A stretch of 64,000 bases of DNA from Mustelus asterias (Eukaryota), in contig NC_135821.1 of the NCBI RefSeq assembly GCF_964213995.1, positions 4,960,001 through 5,024,000 of the forward strand, in the 5' to 3' direction. Positions 34,565-48,300 of the stretch are shown piece by piece. Both the position numbers and the translations under genes were made by a program. Below the pieces are notes generated by a model. The model was given only the letters and a program-made list of their open reading frames with translations, was not told the origin of the DNA and did no database searches. The first letter of the stretch is position 1. The number at the start of each line of letters is the position of its first letter.

Positions 34565-35672
34565 TGAGCCAGTGCTGGATCTGTGTGGGTCAGAGTGCTG
34601 GATCTGTGTGAGTCAGAGTGCTGGACCAGTGTGAGCCAGTGCTGGATCTGAGTGGGTCAGAGTGCTGGACCAGTGTGAGTCAGAGTACTGGATCAGTGTG
34701 AGTCAGAGTGCTGGATCAGTGTGAGCCAGTGCTAGATCTGTGTGAGCCAGTGCTGGATCAGTGTGAGCCAGTGCTGAATCTGTGTGAGCCTGAGTGCTGG
34801 ATCTGTGTGCCCCAGTGCTGGATCTGTGTGAGCCACTGCAGGATCTATGTGAGCCAGTGCTGGAACTGTGTGAGCCAGTGCTGGATCAGGGTGAGCCAGT
34901 GCTGGATCTGTGTGGGTCAGAGTGCTGGATGTGTGTGAGCCAGTGCTCGATCTATGTGAGCCAGAGCTCCATCTGTGTGGGTCAGAGTGCTGGATCAGTG
35001 TGAGCCAGTGCTGGATCAGTGTGAGCCAGTGCTGGATCTGTGTGGGTCTGAGTGCTAGATGTGTGTGAGCCAGTGCTGGATCCGTGTGAGCCAGTGCTGG
35101 ATCTGTGTGGGTCGGAATGCTGGACCTGTGTGAGTCAGAGTGCTGGATCAGTGTGAGCCAGTGCTCGATCTGTGTGAGCCAGTGCTGGATCTGTGTGAGC
35201 CAGTGCTCGATCTGTGTGAGCCAATGCTCGATCGGTGTGAACGAGTGCTCGATCGATGTGAACGAGTGCTGGATCAGTGTTGGTCAGAATGCTGGACAGT
35301 GTTAGCCAGTGCTGTATCTGTGTTGGTCAGAGTTCTGGGTCAGTGTGAGCCAGGCCTGGATCAGTGTGAGCCAGTGCTCGATATGTGTGAGCCTGTGCTG
35401 GATCTGTGTGAGCCAGTACTCGATCTGTGTAAGCCAGTGCTCTGTCTGTGTGAACGAGTCCTCGATCTGTGTGAACGAGTGCTGCGTCAGTGTGGGTCAG
35501 AGTGCTGGACAGTGTGAGCCAGTGCTGGATCTGTGTGGGTCAGAGTGCTGGATCTGTGTGAGCCAGTGCTGGATCTGTGTGGGTTAGAGTGCTGGACCAG
35601 TGTGAGTCAGAGTGCTGGATCAGTGTGACCCAGTGCTGGACCAGTGTGAGCCAGTGCTGGATCTGTGTGGGT
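34565..35672. repeat. About 21-bp minisatellite (GTGTGAGCCAGTGCTGGATCT)n
   Basis: Directly visible; ORF period EPVLDLC; abuts the gap so true length is unknown. Confidence 0.96.
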
Positions 35673-38600
35673 ACTGTCAGCAGGCCTTGGTGACGATATT
35701 CCTATTGGGGAGTCGTAAGATCATGAGTTGCAGCTTTACATGAGGACATGAGGACATAGTCTAAGCATATTCACTGGTACAGCATGGAGGGAGTGCTGTA
35801 CTGTCAGGGGTGCCGTTGTTTGGCTGAAACGTCAATCCCAAGATCCCGTCTGCACATTCAGGATGTAAAAGATCCCCGTGACACTAGGAAAAGGAAGAAC
35901 TCTAAGAGGGTCCTGGTCAACATTCATCCCCCAATCCGCATCACCTGAGACAGATTAACTGGCTACTTGTTCTCATTTCAAATGAGTTGTTCAACTGAGG
36001 CCCATTATTTCACAATAAATTGGAGGTGCAGAAGGCAAGGCTGCACAGTGGTTAGCACTGCTGCCTCACAGCACCGGGGACCCGGGTTCAATCCTGGCCT
36101 TGGGTCACTGTCTGTGCGGAGTCTGCACGTTCTCCCCATGTCTGCGTGGGTTTCCTCCGGGTGCTCCGCTTCCCTCCCACAATCCAAAGATGTGCAGGTT
36201 AGGTGGATTGGCCACGCTAAATTGTCCCTTGGTGTCAGGGGGGGATTAGCCGGGATTAACATGTGGTTATGGGGATAGGGTCTGGGTGGGAGTGTTGTCG
36301 GTGCAGACCCAATGGGCTGAATGGCCTCCTTCTGCACTGTAGAGATTGTATTCTGTTCTATTCTATGTTCTAATCAGATTCACTACTATTTATCACCACA
36401 CAATATATAATAACCGGTACGGTGGCACAGTGGTGAGCACTGCTGCCTCACAGCGCCAGGGACCCGGGTTCGATTCCCGGCTTGGGTCACTGTCCGCGTG
36501 GAGTCTGCACGTTCTCCCCGTGTCTGTGTGGGTTTCCTCCGGTTTCCTCCCACAGTACAAAGATGTGCGGGTTAGGTTGATTGGCCAGGGTAAATTGCCC
36601 CTTAGTGTCAGGGGGGATGAGTTGGGTTAATACATGGGGTTACGGAGATAGGGTCTGGGTGGGATTTTTGTCAGTGCAGTCTCGCTGGGCCGAATGGCCT
36701 CCTTCCGTACGTGCAGGTATTCGAATAATATGCCATGTCATTGGATCTTCTCACTTGAGTTAAATAAAATGCCTTCTAAATATCCCTCGGTGATTCCAGG
36801 CATCCTGTTCCAACATGCCCTCACAGACAATAAGCACTTTATAGTACAGAACATGGGTATTGAGTGTCCATAATATGTAGAGTACTGATCGTACGCAACG
36901 AATCCCTGTTCACAAAACTCAGAACATAACGTCTAGCATTACGTGTGAGTCCCTGATTGGACAGCACTCACTGAACAATCCTGAGTGCGTTAACAATTAC
37001 ACTAATACCCAATTTAAGTTTAGCAGTCAGCCTGGGGCGGCACGGTGGCACAGTGATTGGCACTGCTGTCTCACAGCACCAGGGACCTGGATTCGATTCC
37101 CAGCTGTGTGAGTGGAGTTTGCACATTCTCCTCGTGTCTGCGTGGGTTCCCTCCGGATGCTCCGGTTTCCTCCCACAGTCCAAAGACGTGCTGGTTAGGC
37201 ACATTGGCCATGCTGAATTCTCCCTCAGTGCACCCGAAGAGGTGCCGGAGTGTGGCGACTGGGGGATTTTCACAGTAACTTAATTGCAGTGTTAATGTAA
37301 GTGTACCTGTGACACTAATAAATTTAGTGAGGTGGTTCACTCATGCTTGCTAGAAGCTACACGGCTTCAGAGCACTCAGGTGCCATTTCACAAGGGCGTC
37401 CCAATCTCAGAGGGGGACCCCCTCACTCCCTCCATGGATATCGGGACCCCAGCCTAGTGCCAATGGATGGCAGCATGTCCCTCCACCCTCTCCCCCACAT
37501 TGGTCACTGGCATTGGGGCTCTCCCAATGAGACCCTCTGCCTGACCCCTGACATGCCCACCAACCCCCAATCAGAATCCCTGACGTGATCCACCCTTGCA
37601 TAACCTTTCTCCATCAAAGCTCCCCGGCATAGCCCCCCCTCATAGCCTCCCTGCATAACTACCTCCCTCAGAGCCCTCTTGCATAGCCCCCCTCTTTGAG
37701 AGCCCTCTGCATCGTGACCCCCGCCATAATGCCCCTGCATAGCCCCACTCCTCCCATAATAGGCCCTGCTGAGGCCCTACCCCCTTGGCATTGCCCCGGT
37801 ACAATGTTGGTGCCCAACTGCCACTGCCAGGGCTGTCTGATGTCCACTGCCGGGCACCGCCAGTGTGCCAGGTGGACAGTCGGGGGCGGGGGCTTCAATG
37901 GCCTACGAGTCTCCCCAGTCTGACCATCACGCCAGGTCTCTGCTAGCAGAGACCAGTAGTGATTCTCATTGTTGCCGCACCATGCTGGTGAATTCCATGC
38001 GCTGGGGGAGGGGTTGGGGGTGGTGGTGGGGGGAGGGGGGGGGGGGTGGCTGGTGGTGTGGGGGGGGTTGTTGAACGGGCTGCATATTTAAATTCTATTT
38101 CAAATATGCTAATCGGACTTGCACCATTAGGAAGGGGCTGGGAGAATCTCAAACTGTTTGGCGTTGGGTGTGAAGCGGGTTTTTAGGCCTGCGTGATATT
38201 CTCTGGAATCGATGCGATCAATTAATGGCGCGGCGAGGTCGGAGAATCGCCCCCCCCCCCGCACACCCCCATATCTTTTCCCCGTGGGTTCCTGACTCAC
38301 TGAGTCTTTCCCGCATTTTCTGCTCTTGTTTCAGATTTTCAGCATCCGCAGTATTTTTTTATTTTTGTTGACCCTCAGTCCTGCGTGTGTTGAGCACAAT
38401 GTCCTGGAATGGTGCTTGAACCCATGACCTTTTTTGGCTGAATCATGCTGACATTCCTTCCCTTTTCTCGGTGCTGACCGGACTGTCATCGATTGACGTC
38501 ATTCTTCCTGTATTCTGAAACTTCCAGTCCAACCTCGGTGAGAAAGGCCAGACACTTGGGAGGAGTTTTATTGGCACGTCCGCCCAAGGTTCGTGAGATC

Positions 38601-40774
38601 CTGCCTGAAGTCGACGGAGAATACCGGAATCGGGGCGGCCGTGCCGGTAAAATTCCGACCAGTGAGCCTCCGTTCAATGGGCTGAATTGTGTTCGCGAGC
38701 CTGACCTGTCTGTGGGATCTTGCTGTGCGTATGGTTGCCTACCAAACTTGCCTTCAAAATAACAGCGAGAATAGGCCAAAAGAAATCCTGAAGTGCTTTG
38801 GAATATCCTGAGAATGCAACAGATGATTTGATTTGATTTGACTTATTATTGTCACATGTCCAAAGATGTGCGGGTTAGTTGGATTGGCCATGCTAAATTG
38901 TCCCTTAGTGTCAGGGGGATTAGTAGGGTAAATATGTGGGGTTATTGGGAAAAGGCCTGGGTGGGATTGTGGTCGGTGCAGACTCGATGGGCCGAATGGC
39001 CTCCTTCTGCACTGTAGGATTCTATGATTCTATGTATTGAGATACAGTGAAAAGTATTGTTTCTTGCGCGCTATACAAAGCATACCATTCATAAAGTACA
39101 TAGGGGAGAAGGAAAGGAGAGAGTGCAGAATATAGTATATGTATTGAGATACAGTGAAAAGTATTGTTTCTTGCGCGCTATACAAAGCATACCGTTCATA
39201 GAGCACATAGGGGAGAAGGAAAGGGGAGGGTGCAGAATATAGTGTTACAGTCATTGCTAGGGTGTAGAGAAAGATCAACTTAATACGAGGTAGGTCCATT
39301 CAAAAGTCTGGCAGCAGCAGGGAAGAAGCTGTTCTTCAGTCGGTTGGTACGTGTCCTCAGACTTTTGTATCTTTTTCCCGACGGAAGAAGGTGGAAGAGA
39401 GAATGTCCGGGGTCCTTGATTGTGCTGGCTGCTTTTCCAAGGCAGCAGGAAGTGTAGACAGTGTCAATAGATGGGAGTCTAGTTGGTGTGATGAGACGCT
39501 ATATAAATGCAATTTCTTTCTTCCATACTTTTTATTCATTCGTGGGACATGTGCGTCACTGGCTGGCCAGCATTTATTGCCCATCCCTAGTTGCCCTTGG
39601 AGGGTAGTTGAGAGTCAACAACATAGCTGTGGCTCTGGATGTTGCCAGGACTCAAGGGACTGAGTTATAGGGAGAGATTGGATAGGCTAGGACTTTTTCC
39701 TTTGGAGCGTAGGAGACTGAGGGGTGATCTTAGAGAGGTGTATAAGATCATGAGAGGCAGGGATAGGGTGAATGTACTCAGTCTTTTTCCCAGGGTTGGG
39801 GAATCGAGAACTGGAGGGCTATAGGTTTAAGTTAAGAGGGTAAAGAATTAATGGGAACTGAGGAGCAACTTTTTTACACAGAGGGTGGTGCGTGTGTGGA
39901 ATGAGCTGCTGGAGGAAGTGGTTGAGGCAGAGACATTGACAACAATTATAAGGCATTCGGACAGATACATGGATAGGAAAGGTTTAGAGGGGTATGGGCC
40001 AAATGCAGTTAGTTTAGATGGGCATTTTGGTTGGCATGGACCAGTTTGGGCCGAAGGGCCTGTCTCGGTGCCGTAGATTCTATGATTCTATGGAGTCACA
40101 TGTAGGCCAGACCAGGTAAGGATGGCAGATTTCCTTCCCTAAAGGACAGCAGTGAACCAAATGGGTTTTTACCACAATAGGTCATCAGTAGATTCTTAAT
40201 TCCAGATATTTTTAAAAATTGAATTCAAATTCCACCATCTGCCGTGGCGGGATTCGAACCCGGGTCCCCAGAACATTAGCTGAGCTTTTTGGATTAATAG
40301 TCCCGTGATAATACCACTAGGCCATCACCTCCCCGATGACTTATTGGCGGCTGTACTCGTAGCTACCTGGGCCCTAAGTTCTGGGATTCCTTCCTTTAAA
40401 CAGTTCTCTTCCTCTTTAAGATCCCCAGTGAACCGACCTCTGTGACTAAGGTCACAAAGTGGCTCCACTTTGATAGTCCCGCGAGCCACCGTGAGGCCTT
40501 TTAAGTCGCGTTAAAGGTGCTATATAAATGCAGGTCGTGGTTGTTCCTCTCTACTGCCTGTGTACCGCAAGTGACAGAAACGTGTCATGTGGAAACATGT
40601 GTGAGTCATATCGTTCCACCGACAGAGAATGCTTCCCTTTTACCTGATGCACGCTGTACACATATTGGGGAGGGGTGGGGGGGAGGGGGACGGACAGCCA
40701 CATGCCAGGTTGGAGATTGAACCATTCCTTTCTTTTCTCATGTCAAAGCAATCAGAGCAGAGTGAGTTATTGCG

Positions 40775-42000
40775 GATAAAAGGGGAACCGGTGGATGTGG
40801 TGTTTTTGGATTTCCAGCAGGCGTTCGATAAGGTGCCTCACAAAAGGTTGCTGCAGAAGATTAGGGTACATGGAGTTGGGGGTAAAGTGTTAGCGTGGAT
40901 TGAGGATTGGCTATCTAACAGGAAGCAGAGAGTTGGAATAAATGGGTGCTTTTCTGGTTGGCAGTTGGTGACTAGTGGCGTGCCGCAGGGTCTCAACTGT
41001 GCTGGGGCCTCAACTGTTTACCATATACATAGACGATCTGGAGGAGGGGACCGAGTGTAGGGTAATAAAGTTTGCGGATGATACAAAGATGAGTGGGAAA
41101 GCGAATTGCGTGGAGGATGCGGAAAGTCTGCAGAGAGATTTGGATAGGCTAAGTGAGTGGGCAGATGGAGTATTACGTTGACAAGTGTGAGGTTATCCAC
41201 TTTGGAAGGAATAATAGTAAAATGGACTATTATTTAAATGGTGAAAAATTACAACATGCTACTGTGCAGAGGGACCTGGGGGTCCTTGTGCATGAATCGC
41301 AAAAACTCAGTTTGCAGGTGCAGCAGGTAATCAAGAAGGCAAATGGAATGTTGGCCTTTATCGCGAGGGGGATGGAGTATAAAAGCAGGGAGGTCTTGCT
41401 GCAATTGTACAAGGTACTGGTGAGGACGCAACTGGAGTACTGTGTGCAATTTTGGTCCCCTTATTTGCGGAAGGATGTGTTGGCCTTGGAGGGAGTACAG
41501 AGAAGGTTCACCAGGTTGATACCGGAGATGAGGGGGTTAGCTTATGAGGAGAGATTGAGTAGATTGGGCCTGTACTCGTTGGAGTTTAGAAGGCTGAAGG
41601 GAGATCTTATAGAGACATATAAGATAATGAAGGGGCTCGACAGGGTCGAGGCAGAGAGATTCTTTCCTCTTAGAAAGGAAACAAGAACTAGAGGACACAG
41701 CCTCAAAATAAGGGGGAGTCAGTTTAGGACAGAGTTGAGGAGGAACTTCTTCTCTCAGAGGGTAGTGAATCTCTGGAATTCTCTGCCCATTGAAGCAGTG
41801 GAGGCTACCTCGTTAAATATGTTTAAGTCACAGATAGATAGATTTCTGATCAATAAGGGAATTAAGGGTTATGGGGAGCGGGCAGGTAAGTGGAACTAAA
41901 CCACTATCAGATCAGCCATGATCTTATTGAATGGCGGGGCAGGCTCGAGGGGCTAGATGGCCTACTCCTGCTCCTATTTCTTATGTTCTTATGTTCTTAT
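40775..42000 (+). mobile_element. 5'-truncated CR1 LINE, RT domain with frameshifts
   Basis: FLDFQQAFDKVPH, SGVPQG, KFADDTK, YCVQFWSP; (tgttctta)n tail. Confidence 0.93.
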
Positions 42001-42647
42001 AAAAAACAGGAACTGCTGGGAACAACAGGTCACCACCACCAACAACAACTCGCCTTTGTATAGTTCCTCCAACATTCTAAGACACTTACTTGGAGCATTA
42101 TCCAACAAACAGGGCTACATTGTAGGGAGATATTAAGAAAAGTAACCAGACCTTTTGTTAAAGAGGTGTGCTTTACATAGAAACATAGAAACTAGAAGCA
42201 GGAGGAGGCCATTCGGCCTTTCGAGCCTGCTCCACCATTCATTTTGATCATGGCTGATCATCAAATTCAATATCCTGATTCCCCCCCTTCCCCCCATATT
42301 ACTTGATCCCTTTAGCCCCAAGAGCTATATCTAATTTCTTCTTGAAATCACACAACGTTTTGGCCTCAACTACTCTCTGTGGTAGTGAATTCCACACATT
42401 CACCACCCTCTGGGTGAAGAAATTTCTCCTCACCTCAGTCCTAAAAGGTTTACCCCTTATCCTCAAACTATGACCCCTAGTTCTGGATTCCCCCACCATC
42501 GGGAACATTCTTTCTGAATCTACCCTGTCTAACCCTGTTAGAATTTTATAAGTTTCTATGAGATTCCCCTCTCACTCTTCTAAACTCCAGTGAATATAAT
42601 CCTAACCGACTTAGTCTCTCCTCATATGACAGACCTGCCATCCCAAT

Positions 42648-43137
42648 ATACAAGCACATACACACAAAACAAGTAAATATAGACATAAATACAAATACAT
42701 ACACACACACAGGTATATACTCACACACATATACACTAACACATACACACACACAGGTATATACTCACACACATATACACTAACACATACACACACACAG
42801 GTATATACTCACACACATATACACTAACACATACACACACACAGGTATNNNNNNNNNNNNNNNNNNNNNNNNNNNNNNNNNNNNNNNNNNNNNNNNNNNN
42901 NNNNNNNNNNNNNNNNNNNNNNNNNNNNNNNNNNNNNNNNNNNNNNNNNNNNNNNNNNNNNNNNNNNNNNNNNNNNNNNNNNNNNNNNNNNNNNNNNNNN
43001 NNNNNNNNNNNNNNNNNNNNNNNNNNNNNNNNNNNNNNNNNNNNNNNNNNNNNCACACAAATACACATATACACATACACATGTACACTCAAACACACAC
43101 AGATGTACACAAACACAACATACAAATACACATACAA

Positions 43138-43168
<31 letters not shown>

Positions 43169-43190
43169 AACAAACACACACATACACAAG
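42648..43190. repeat. CA/TA-rich simple repeat spanning an assembly gap (N at about 42849-43052)
   Basis: Directly visible; 44-bp higher-order unit left of the gap. Confidence 0.92.
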
Positions 43191-43964
43191 TTCATATGTT
43201 CCTAATGTGCCGGTGCAGACTCGATGGACCAAAGGGCCTCTTCTGCACTGCATGATTCTATGATTCTATGGTACACACAAACTCATACACATGACATGTA
43301 CATGAATAAATGGGAAGAAATTAATCCTCTTCAGTTGACACACTGCACGCTTGTAGGAGCTGACTCTGAGACAAAGCTGCCCCACAGTGCTCGGTATTAG
43401 GTAACTGTGTTAACGCAGTATTCTGCACAGTAGCAGAGGCTGCAGTCAGTGTTAACAGTTCCATGAGTGACTCATGCCTGAAGTGTTGTTAGACAGTCTG
43501 TCTGTCAGGTTTCGCAATAACAGGAAGCTGTTGTGTAAGGGTGGAGGAGGGGAGCTGAGAATGTTTTCCCCCAGAGGGTGCTGATTGGGTGAAGAGTGGT
43601 TGCTCCTACTTCACCTTTGACACTCGCCCCCGTCTCCAGCCCCTGGACTGGACACGGCTTGTGGCTACTTGGTCACACTCTCACCTTCAAACACTAATGA
43701 CAACAGAACAATGCAGACTGGAGATAATCGGCGCCCTGGACCTTGGTGCGACATGTCAATATCAATCACAACACAGTCGTGATTACTTCCCGTCAATTCC
43801 AGCAACTCAAGAACAGCTTCTTCTCTGCTGCCATCAGTCCGTTCAAATGACCCACCATATACTAAGCTGATCTTTCTCTACACCCCACCTATGATGCACG
43901 GTGGCACACTGGTTACAGGGAGGGTACTGATTGCACTCAACAAATCCCTGTTTGCAAAACTCAG

Positions 43965-44590
43965 GATGTGGAGATGCCGGCGTTGGATTGGGGTGGGCAC
44001 AGTAAGAAGTCTCACAACACCAGGTTAAAGTCCAACAGGTTTATTTGGTAGCAAATACCATAAGCTTTCGGAGCACAGCTCCTTCATCAGATGGAGTGGA
44101 TATCTGTTCTCCAACAGTGCACAGACACAGAAATCAAGTTACAGAATACTAATTAGAATGCAAATCTTTACAGCCAGCCAGGTCTTAAAGGTACAGATAA
44201 TGTGGGTGGAGGGAGCATTCAACACAGGTTAAAGAGATGTGTATTGTCTCCAGACAGAACAGCTAGTGAGATTCTACAAGCCCAGGAGGCAAGCTGTGGG
44301 GGTTACTGATAATGTGACATAAATCCAACATCACGGTTTAGGCCGTCCACATGTGTGCGGAACTTGGCTATCAGTTTCTGCTCAGCGACTCTGCGCTGTC
44401 GTGTGTCGTGAAAGCCGCCTTGGAGAACGCTTACCTGAAGATCCAAGGCTGAATGCCCGGCTGAATCCAAGGCTGAATCCAAGGCATTCAGCCTTGGATC
44501 TTCAGGTAAGCGTTCTCCAAGGCGGCCTTCACAACACACGACAGCGCAGAGTCGCTGAGCAGAAACTGATAGCCAAGTTCCGCACACATG
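43965..44590 (-). mobile_element. Penelope 3' fragment ending in a fold-back hairpin
   Basis: RRVAEQKLIAKFRTH encoded on both strands; terminal repeat at 43965-44095. Confidence 0.88.
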
Positions 44591-45107
44591 ACTGTAACAC
44601 TATATTTTGCACTCTTTCGTTTCCTTCTCTATGAACGGTATGCTTTGTGTGTATGGTGCGCAAGAAACAATACTTTTCACTGTATCTCAATACATAGAAT
44701 CATATTTTCATCGAATCATAGAATCCTACAGTGCAGAAGGAGGCCATTCAGTCCATCGAGTCTGCGCCGACCACAATCCCACCCACGCCCTATCCCCATA
44801 ACCCCACATACTTACCCTGCTAATCCCTCTGACACTGAGGCGCAATTTAGCCTGATCTTTCTCTACATCCTAGCTATGACTGTAACACTACATTCTGCAC
44901 TCTCTCCTTTCCTTCTCTGTGAACGGTATGCTTTGTCTGTACAGCGCGCAAGAAACAATACTTTTCACTGTATGTTAACACGTGTGACAATAATAAATCA
45001 AAAATCAAATCAAATGGAACCTCTCCAACTGAGGGACAGTTCGTACCGGCCGCAGTGGCATTGTAAGCATAAGGTGAAAATGTCCAAGGATTGGAATCTG
45101 AAAAATT

Positions 45108-45334
45108 TGCAAAGTCACTGAAGCGATTGTGCTGACGGCTCCCCCAGAATTTCCAAATCGAGTGACATCTTCCCAGCATTTCAACAGTGTAATGTTGTAA
45201 GCTCGAATGACGTGTTACTCAGAGTGACTCAGCAGTGTGAGGGAGCTGGATTAGCAAAATTGAAGATAAGTATCGGTAACACAGAGTCCCAGCTGGGAAT
45301 GGGGGACAAGCGGGGAAGAGATCTGCCACGTGAC
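45108..45334. promoter_or_regulatory. Putative ARE (NRF2/MAF) enhancer cluster
   Basis: GTGACTTTGCAAATT (minus, 45118-45104), TGCTGAC 45130, GTGACTCAGCA 45224-45234, CACGTGAC 45327-45334 in unique sequence. Confidence 0.5.
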
Positions 45335-48300
45335 ACACATCTCGTGATCAATGATCTCTCGAAATTTTTTTCCTGTCACGTTGCAAACTCCTCTGGTTAC
45401 CTACTTTTACATAGAAGGGCAACTTAAGCTTTAAAAAAACTCCCGCAGATGTGTGAGCAGTTTGTTTGTACCAGAGCCTGGTACATTCCTGACTGCTATG
45501 TGGTAATATGCACACAGACCTTACAGTCAACAGGGAGGCAGTGGTGTCGTGGTGTTGACTGGACTAGTAATCAAAAGACCCAGGATAATGCTTGGGGGTG
45601 GGGGAATGTGGGTTCCCATGGTGGCACAGTGGGTTAGCACTGCTGCCTCACAGCTCCAGGGACCTGGCTTCGATTCCCGGCTTGGGTCACTGTCTGTGCG
45701 AAGTCTGCACGTTCTCCCCGTGTCTGCGTGGGTTTCCTCCGGGTGCTCCGGTTTCCTCTCACAGTCTGAAAGATGTGCTGGTTAGGTCCATTGAGCCGAA
45801 CAGGTGCCGGAGTGTGGCGACTAGGGGATTTTCACAGTAATTTAATTGCAGTGTTAATGTAAGCCTTACTTGTGACACGAATAAATAAACTTTAACTTCA
45901 ACAGTGGCACAGTGGGTTAGCACTGCTGCCTCACAGCGCCAGGGACCCGGGTTCGATTCCCGGCTTGGGTCACTGTCTGTGTGGAGTTTGCACGTTCTCT
46001 CCATGTCCACGTGGGTTTCCTACGGGTGCTCCGGTTTTCCTCCTACAGTCCGAAAGACGTGTTGGTTAGGTGTATTGGCCGTGTATTCTCCCTCAGTGTA
46101 CCCGAACAGGCACCGGAGTGTGGCGACCAGGAGATTTTCACAGTAACTTCACTGCAGTGTTAATGTAAGCCTACTTGTGACACTAATAAATAAACTTTAA
46201 ACTATGGCAGATGGTGAAGTTTGAAGATTTGATTTATTATTGTCACATGTATTAGTATACAGTAAAAACTATTGTTTCTTGCGCGCTATGCAGACAAAGC
46301 AAACCACACATAGAAAAGAGAAGGAGAGGGTGCAGAATGTAGTGTTACAGTCATAGCTAGGGTGTAGAGAAAGATCAACTTAATATGAGGTAAGGTCCAT
46401 TCAAAAGTCTGACAGCAGCAGGGAAGAAGCTGTTCTTGAGTTGGTTGGTACGTGACCTCAGACTTTTGTATCTTTTTCCCGACATAAGAAGGTGGAATGG
46501 TGACCATGAAACCATTGTCAATTGTCGTTTAAAAAACCCATCTGGTTCACTAGTCATAGAAATCATAGAAACCCTACAGTGCAGAAGGAGGCCATTCGGC
46601 CTATCGAGTCTGCACCGACCACAATCCCACCCAGGCCCTACCCCCACATATTCTACCCACTAATCCCTCTAACCTACGCATCTCAGGACTCTAAGGGGCA
46701 ATTTTTTTTTAACCTGGCCAATCAACCTAACTCACACATCCTTGGACTGTGGGAGGAAACCGGAGCACCCGGAGGAAACCCACGCAGACACGAGGAGAAT
46801 GTGCAAACTCCACACAGACAGTGACCCGAGCCGGGAATCGAACCCGGGACCCTGGAGCTGTGAAGCAGCAGTGCTAACCACTGTGCTACCGTGCCGCCCT
46901 GTGTCCTTTAGGGAAGGAAATCTGCTGTCCTTACCCGGTCTGGCCTACATGTGACCCCAGGTCAGGGGCAGTTAGGGATGCTGTTGAATCCCGTGGAAAA
47001 TAAATTTTATTTTAAAATAGTTTAAAAGTTTATTTATTAGTCATTGAATCCCTACAGTACAGAAGGAGGCCCTTCAGCCCATCGAGTCTGTACCGACCAC
47101 AATCTCACCCAAGCCCTATTTCGGTAACTTCACGCATTTACCCTGCTAATCCCCCGACACTAAGGGGCAATTTAGCATGGTCAATCCACCTAACCCGCAC
47201 ATCTTTGGGGGAAACTGGAGCACCCGGAGGAAACCCACGCAGACACGGGAAGAACGTGCAAACTGCACACAGTCACCCCAAGGCCGGAATTGAACCCGGG
47301 ACCCTGGCGCTGTGAGGCAGCAGTGCTAACCACTGTGCCACCGTGCCAACCCAAAGTCACAGGTAAGGCTTACATTAACACTGCAATGAAGTTATTGTGA
47401 AAATCCCCTAGTCGCCACACTCCGGCGCCTGTTCGGATACACTGAGGGAGAATTTAGCACGGCCAATGCACCTACCCAGCACATCTTTGGACCGTGGGAG
47501 GAAACTGGAGCACCCGGAGGAAACCCACGCAGACACGGGTAGAACCTGCAGACCCCACACAGACAGTGACCCAAGCTGGGAATTGAACCTGGGTCCCTGG
47601 TGCTGTGAGACAGCAGTGCTAACCACTGTGCCACCGTGACGCCCATTTTAAATTAAATTTAACAAAAGGGATTTCATTGGCAGCCTAATGTTGGGAGCAG
47701 TTTCTGCTGCTGCTTGGAATGACGTTCCCAAACATTCGCCATAGCAACGCAACAAGAAACTAGATCCTTGAGCTGTATTCTATTGGCGCGGTACAGTAAG
47801 CACGTACCTGATGAACAGTTTGCAATAATAGCCAATTATGTTTTTTTTTTAGTTGAACTTTGCGAAATGTAATGAACAATTTAGATTGTTGAGGATGGAT
47901 AAAGTTGGAATTAATGACCTGGGGCCAACAAAGGTGAAGGTTCAAAGGTGGCTTAATCTAATCAGTAAATTATTTTTGCACAGTGATTAATGACAGGATT
48001 TCAGTTGTATTAGCAACCAGAAAAGCAAGTCAAAGTTTCAAGGTTACCACCACATTAACCAACTCAGCACAAAGCCATGTTTGAGACACTTACTGGCTTA
48101 AACTTCAGAAAATGTGTATTTGAGTGTGTTTTTCCTTGCCTTATGTTTGTATGTGTCCATGTATATGTTTCTATGTCCCAGTTTGTGTGTACACCCATAA
48201 ACTTTAAAGTTTCAAGTTTATTTATTTGTCACAAGTGAGGCTTACATTAACACTGCAATGAAGTTACTGTGAAACTCCCCTAGTCGCCACACTCCGGTGC

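Noticed and set aside
45176-45198. IRE-like TTCAACAGTGT
   Set aside because: The 3' arm AATGT cannot pair with TTCAA, and it is not in a ferritin UTR
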